NCBI RefSeq assembly: GCF_009914755.1
Contig: NC_060947.1
Source: the human T2T-CHM13v2.0 reference genome, Homo sapiens
Length of the DNA: 64,000 nucleotides
Direction: 5' to 3' (one strand)
Shown: piece by piece, positions 58,815 to 64,000 of the stretch
Position numbering within the stretch: the stretch's first letter is position 1
How the letters are laid out: the number at the start of each line of letters is the position of its first letter
Made by a program: the position numbers and the translations under genes
Notes under the pieces: model-generated
What the model was told of the DNA's origin: nothing
Seen by the model: the letters and a program-made list of their open reading frames with translations, nothing else
The model's database searches: none

Positions 58815-59130
58815 TTGAAAATATTAACACTATCCACAGTTATTGAAGGTGTGGAGGAAAATGTTCTCAAAAAATGTTGAGAGAGTATATCTTGGTACAG
58901 CCTTATTTGAAGGGCAATTGCCTAGAATGTCTCAGAATTTTAATTGCGTATGCCTTTGAGCCAGTGATGCTACCTGTAGAGGAATATCCCGTGGAAATAT
59001 TTGTAGTGTGCAAAGACAGATGCACAAAGATCAAAGAGAATCTAAGTGACCACATGTAGGAAATGATCATATGAGTTTTAGTGTACTCAGACATGGGCAA
59101 TCTGTTAAAACCAATGGTTCCTGTGGTGTA
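58815..59130 (+). mobile_element. Old L1ME fragment
   Basis: 'gaaggtgtggaggaaa...ttggtacagccttatttgaagggcaattg...tatgcctttgagccagtgatgctac'. Confidence 0.6.
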
Positions 59131-61889
59131 CTACCTAGTAGTAGGAAAAAACACAAGAGAAAGTTGCAGATGAGTACATACCTTATAGAAAGTATGAACC
59201 AAATCTATTTTTGTACTAGAAAGAAAAAAAGATACACTTTTGCATCTGTGTACCTACATACAAAGGAATACACACCAAAGAAGAACAGTTAATACTCCTA
59301 ACATGTGAATATGATGGACTGATTGGAAGGTGATTTTTTTGTTGTTTTTTAAGCACATATACACTTTGATTTTCAATATGCATCACCATTTGGCATTAAG
59401 ACATACACAGAATTTTTTAAATGTGCTGCCAGATGTGAAGTTTCTAAAAACACTCAGAATCCATGTAGTAGAAAATAGTTGGGTATTTGCCTGCCGCCCA
59501 TTGAAAACCCAAATCTCAATGGGTGGCTTGACAGCCATATATAGACATACATATACCTGACTCCTGTCTTGCTTAGAAGAAGTAAACCCATCTAAAACCA
59601 ATCTGCCCCATGTTGTCAGGCTCAAAAGCTTATTCATTCTAAAATAACCCTGAAAAGAAAATACTTCAGCTCAAATCACAGTTTGGAAATGCTTTGCATG
59701 TAGAAAACAATTGTAAAACTAAGTGACTTTTTCTCTATAAAATTTCAGGAATATAATATTTCTATGAATGTTACTGCAGATTATCTGGTGTCATGAATGA
59801 TATAATAATAAGGCTGCTTATCTGACAAATCTGCCAAATGCAAACAGAGCTTTTAATAAGAGTATTCATCAAGTGTGGGGAGATAGGTCAATTCTAAAAA
59901 TGTCACCATAATCAAAAAACATTAGGAAGTACAAAAACTAAGTATAATATAAAAATTTAATGCCTATGTAGAGTAATTCAAGTCTTTGCATTAACTCCTC
60001 TTTGTATCATTATGTATTCATTTATTTTCAACATTTTGTTATACACCATAAATAAAAGTTTGTTTCTTTCACTTCTCCATGCCTGTTTTCCCATAAATCA
60101 CCTTCTACTGATAGTCGTAGATTATTCAGGAAGAACAAGATAATGGAGTCTTGTTTTCGAGTGTTTTTCTTTATTCTAAACATTCCATCTGTCTAACTAT
60201 ATTTATGGTATGTAAAACACCTGCTTTTATTTCCAAGGGACAAATATAGTTCTAAAGTCACAGCTGGTGATAGTCTGAGAGGGTGTTCAGATACTATTTC
60301 TCAAGCAGGACAGATGGCTATCAAAAGAAACTTTGTAATTTTATTTTTTATCCCCATCAAGAAATTTGGACAAACTCACAGAACTAGAACTGGGAATACT
60401 TCAACATGAACAGTACAGGACTACATGTGAGGAATAATCATAGGCATGTGACAATGGAAGAGATCAAACACTAGGATTCCTAATCTCATAAGAATAATGG
60501 CAATAGCGTCAATACTTAGGACTAAATGGTGGATGAGCAATGATTTCCAAGAGCCATATGAACTAAACAGTTAGATGTAACTAGCTTTGGCCAGGTCTCC
60601 TTCAGAACAAGCAATGGCAGAGAACACTCCCTCCAGTCTGAAAATGAAGGTAGGCATGAAACAGGTAAGTTTAGATTGATTTGTACTAGGATGAGATGTC
60701 CAGACCAATAGATGTTTTGGGATCAAAGGTAGGGCTACCAAAAAAAAAAGATATTGACAAACTGTTGGAGACAGTGATATGGACAATTCCTTATGTAAAG
60801 GGCAAAGTTAACTCTAAAAGTAAGACTTCACCTGTTGTGTAATCAACTTGGGTAAAATCACCCTGGAAGGTGAAAAAAATTCTGATGACCCACACCATAA
60901 ATTTGTTGGTAAACCAGATCTTTCAACCTTGGGCAATCTAAAATGCTTCTTCTTTGTCTCCAGGCTGCGTGAGTTTACTGAAACACTCCACACATGTACA
61001 ATTAGTAAAACTGATAAAAATGTACAAGAAAGAGAGCTCTAAAAATGAATGAGAGAGAATAAGAATATAGATAATGAAGAGACATCATGAAGTTACAGGT
61101 ATTAGCACTTTTGACCTCCTTAGCCTGAGTGAACCAATCTAATTATAACAATTGTAACATTACCTGTGCTTGTTTTGTCTGCTTTGTATGGCGCTTAAAG
61201 CATGAAGAAAATCAGATCTATCAGACTGTGATTTTAATGAAATGATTAAAATTATTTGATTAGGTGTGTACTCAATGTTTAAATGTCTATGGGAATCTAA
61301 TTTGTTAAATTGATTCGCTTTTGCTTTATTGGCTACATAAATAAATATGGATATTTAAAAGAATGCTACATAAATAAAAATAAACCAGATCAAAAAGTAA
61401 AAATGGTGGTGATCTTAATGTGCATAAACTTTTGGGATATTAAGTAATTTCTCAACACTAAAAAGGGCAGATGCCTCAGTATTTCACATTGTTTATAGCT
61501 TGTACAAATTAAACTCTGGAAATACTGGTAAAGGAAGGATGAAACTAAAGATGCAGTGACCTCTGGAATACGGTAAATACATTATATAAATCTGAAGGAT
61601 ATAATCACTAGTTGAAAATATTGTGGTTTTAACATATTTAAATCGAGTGATAGGAAGCAAAGAAGATCACTCCATGGAAGTATTTATAGCTATTAGTAGA
61701 ATTCATTCTTAAGAGAGATTTTGACACTGCAAGGAAAACTTGCAATATAATTCAGCAATTAAAGGAATAAGTTGAAAGAATTAAAAATCAAATGACAAAA
61801 TGTAAAATTGGCAAATATATTATATATACTTTATCATACATCTAGATGGGGTATGGGGCCACTTGAGAAAAAAAACAACATTTTGAGGG

Positions 61890-62480
61890 TTTAAGAGATG
61901 GTGAGGATGAGATCAGTGTTTGGTTACAGATATGTCAAGTTTGAAGATGTTTCTGAGACACCCAACTTGAGGTATTTTGTGAGCAGTTAGATAAACCAGT
62001 CTGGGGCCATATGATGGTAAGTCTGGACCAGAGCTAGAAGTTGGGAGTCATCGACTGATGGATTGCACTTGATGCCTGCATTACTCAGCTTAGAAGAGTG
62101 AGTGGGAAAAGCAGAGGGTTCACAAGATCATCTGAAGAGCTCTGACCTTGAGAGGTTGTGCAGAAGCAAAGAAGGTGACATTAGACACCTAAAAGAGTGC
62201 CCAAGGACTTAGGAGGAAAATGGCAGGAGGGTGCAAGTGTTTGGAGACAGCATGCTAAATACTGCCAGGACATGAAGTAAGGTCAAGAATGAAAAATGTC
62301 CCCTGCATTTGTCAACTCAAATACCTCTTTGGTATCACAGCAAGAGCAATCTTGATGGCATGTTGGGGGCATACCCTACACCACGATGGAAGAAATGTTC
62401 CTAGGAAATGAGTAAACGGAGGTGGCAGTGGTACGACTACTGAGAAGTTTGGTTCTGAAGGTGAGTAGAGAGATACGGTG
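61890..62480 (-). mobile_element. L2 fragment
   Basis: 'agatatgtcaagtttgaagatgtttctgagacaccc...gcagttagataaaccagtctgg...ttgggagtcatc'. Confidence 0.65.
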
Positions 62481-64000
62481 GTGCCTTAAGAGGAAAGTGG
62501 GGCCCTGGGAGGCTTTTATTTTTCACATGGGGGATATTGAAGCCTGTTAGTGGCGGAGAGTATGAAGGAGAAAGGGAGAGGTTGATGATGCTGGAGAGGG
62601 TCTATACATGGTGGAAAGAGCTCCCAGAAAAGGTAAGATGTGTTGGGCTACAAAGTCAACACACATTTCGGGCTTTGAGAGAGGGAGAGACATTTTCTCC
62701 ATTTTGTAAAAGGGAAAAAGGGGAAGTTGGATATATTGACCGTGAGAAGGTGATGGACTCCCCATTAGATGTGTTTCATTTCCTCCATGGTGTGGAAGAT
62801 GAGGTAATATGCTGACTCTGAAAAGAATGGAGGCACCATGATAGATAAGGAGAAGAGAGGAAGAACAAAACCGTTATCCCAGTGGGGAAAGTGAAAGATG
62901 AATTTACTAGGAAGCACTGGTTACTGGCTCTTTTTAAGTGTTAAAATTAATTTAATAGAATTTGAAAACTAAGATTTTTGCAAAATGTGGATATAATAAA
63001 AATATAACCTATAAATTATTTTATAAAGCCTTAACCCTCAAATTATTAACAAACCCCTAAAGTGATTCTATCATCTGAGGTAGAAAGACAAATACTATCA
63101 TTACTTATCTTTTAAAAAGGTTACTACCAAATGCTCTATTAGTTATTAATAGTATTTTTCCTGGAATGGTAGTGGAATTTGTATATTCATTTTCTATTAA
63201 TGGCAATAGTAAAGCAATGTTCTCTAATGAGTTCAGAAACTTGCTCACCAACACTACCGTTCTATGTACAGAATGTTTCATAAAATTTCATATCAGAAAT
63301 AAAACTTTTGATTGGGATATTTTCTGGTTTCTCTTCCAAACTCCCATCCCTCATTTCTTCCATTTTCATCAACCTACCTAACCAAACCTAACCCAGGCAG
63401 CCATGACACCAGCAGGCATTGTTGCCATCCTAGGCTTCTTCACTCCACAACCTTCCAGGCTCCCACCTGTCCGGCTCCCACTACCATCGTCCTAGTTCTC
63501 TGCTTGCGGTTGCAGACTATTTAAGTGTGGTAGGATGCTATAAAAACATGGTACTGTTTTCACTAATTGTCAAAATACATAATCTCAGCTAGTCTCTTGC
63601 ATTTTCTCTGGTAGACCCCCGCTTTTTCATAGCTGTTCCAAACTTAGATGATTTGCCTTTTATTCTGAAAGACAACAGACCTGCTCATGTTTCTCTTCTC
63701 TGTTCCCAAATCCCTTTGTCATAGCCAGCTTCTCTCTCTTCCTAAGATTATGCTTCTCTCGAAGAGTTCTGTCTCAGTCCTCCATCAGTGTTTTTGATCT
63801 GCCCTATGCCAACTTTCACCAGAAACTCGCTCAACAAATGGACTGCCTGGGTATTCTCTTCCTGTCTTCCATTCTCTGGCCCTTCTTTATTTGCTGACAA
63901 ATATGCCCCATTCTTCTTTTTTTCCCATCATCCTACTGTCCACAACCCAAACTAATTTCTATTCACACACCTAACTTTCAATTTTACAGCCCTCTCTCCA

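Overview
Human (or closely related ape) genomic DNA, recognisable as Xp22.31. It is an AT-rich, repeat-dense gene desert with one small protein-coding gene on the + strand. The gene is a VCX/Y-family cancer-testis gene whose spliced 186-aa product, with eight 10-aa LSQESxVEEP repeats, matches VCX3A (VCX-A/VCX-8r) as I recall it. It has a CpG-rich CCAAT/TATA promoter, a 192-nt in-frame intron, a coding 30-bp minisatellite (RU1 of CRI-S232) and, just after the poly(A) signal, a C-free G-rich VNTR (RU2) with 13 perfect PRDM9 13-mer motifs. The main structural observation is that a ~10.8-kb block containing the gene sits inside a single THE1C provirus. The two LTRs (15255-15607 and 27414-27767) are bounded by a shared GGTAT target-site duplication, and the rejoined flanks rebuild the end of a MER21 LTR, which places the likely duplicon boundaries at ~16537 and ~27317. 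The protein repeat also closely resembles the p53 Ser15 ATM site, and each DNA unit carries an AP-1 heptamer. The rest of the window is Alu, L1, L2, MIR, MaLR/ERVL LTRs, DNA transposons and microsatellites. Repeat subfamily names are by eye from remembered consensus sequences, not from a database search.
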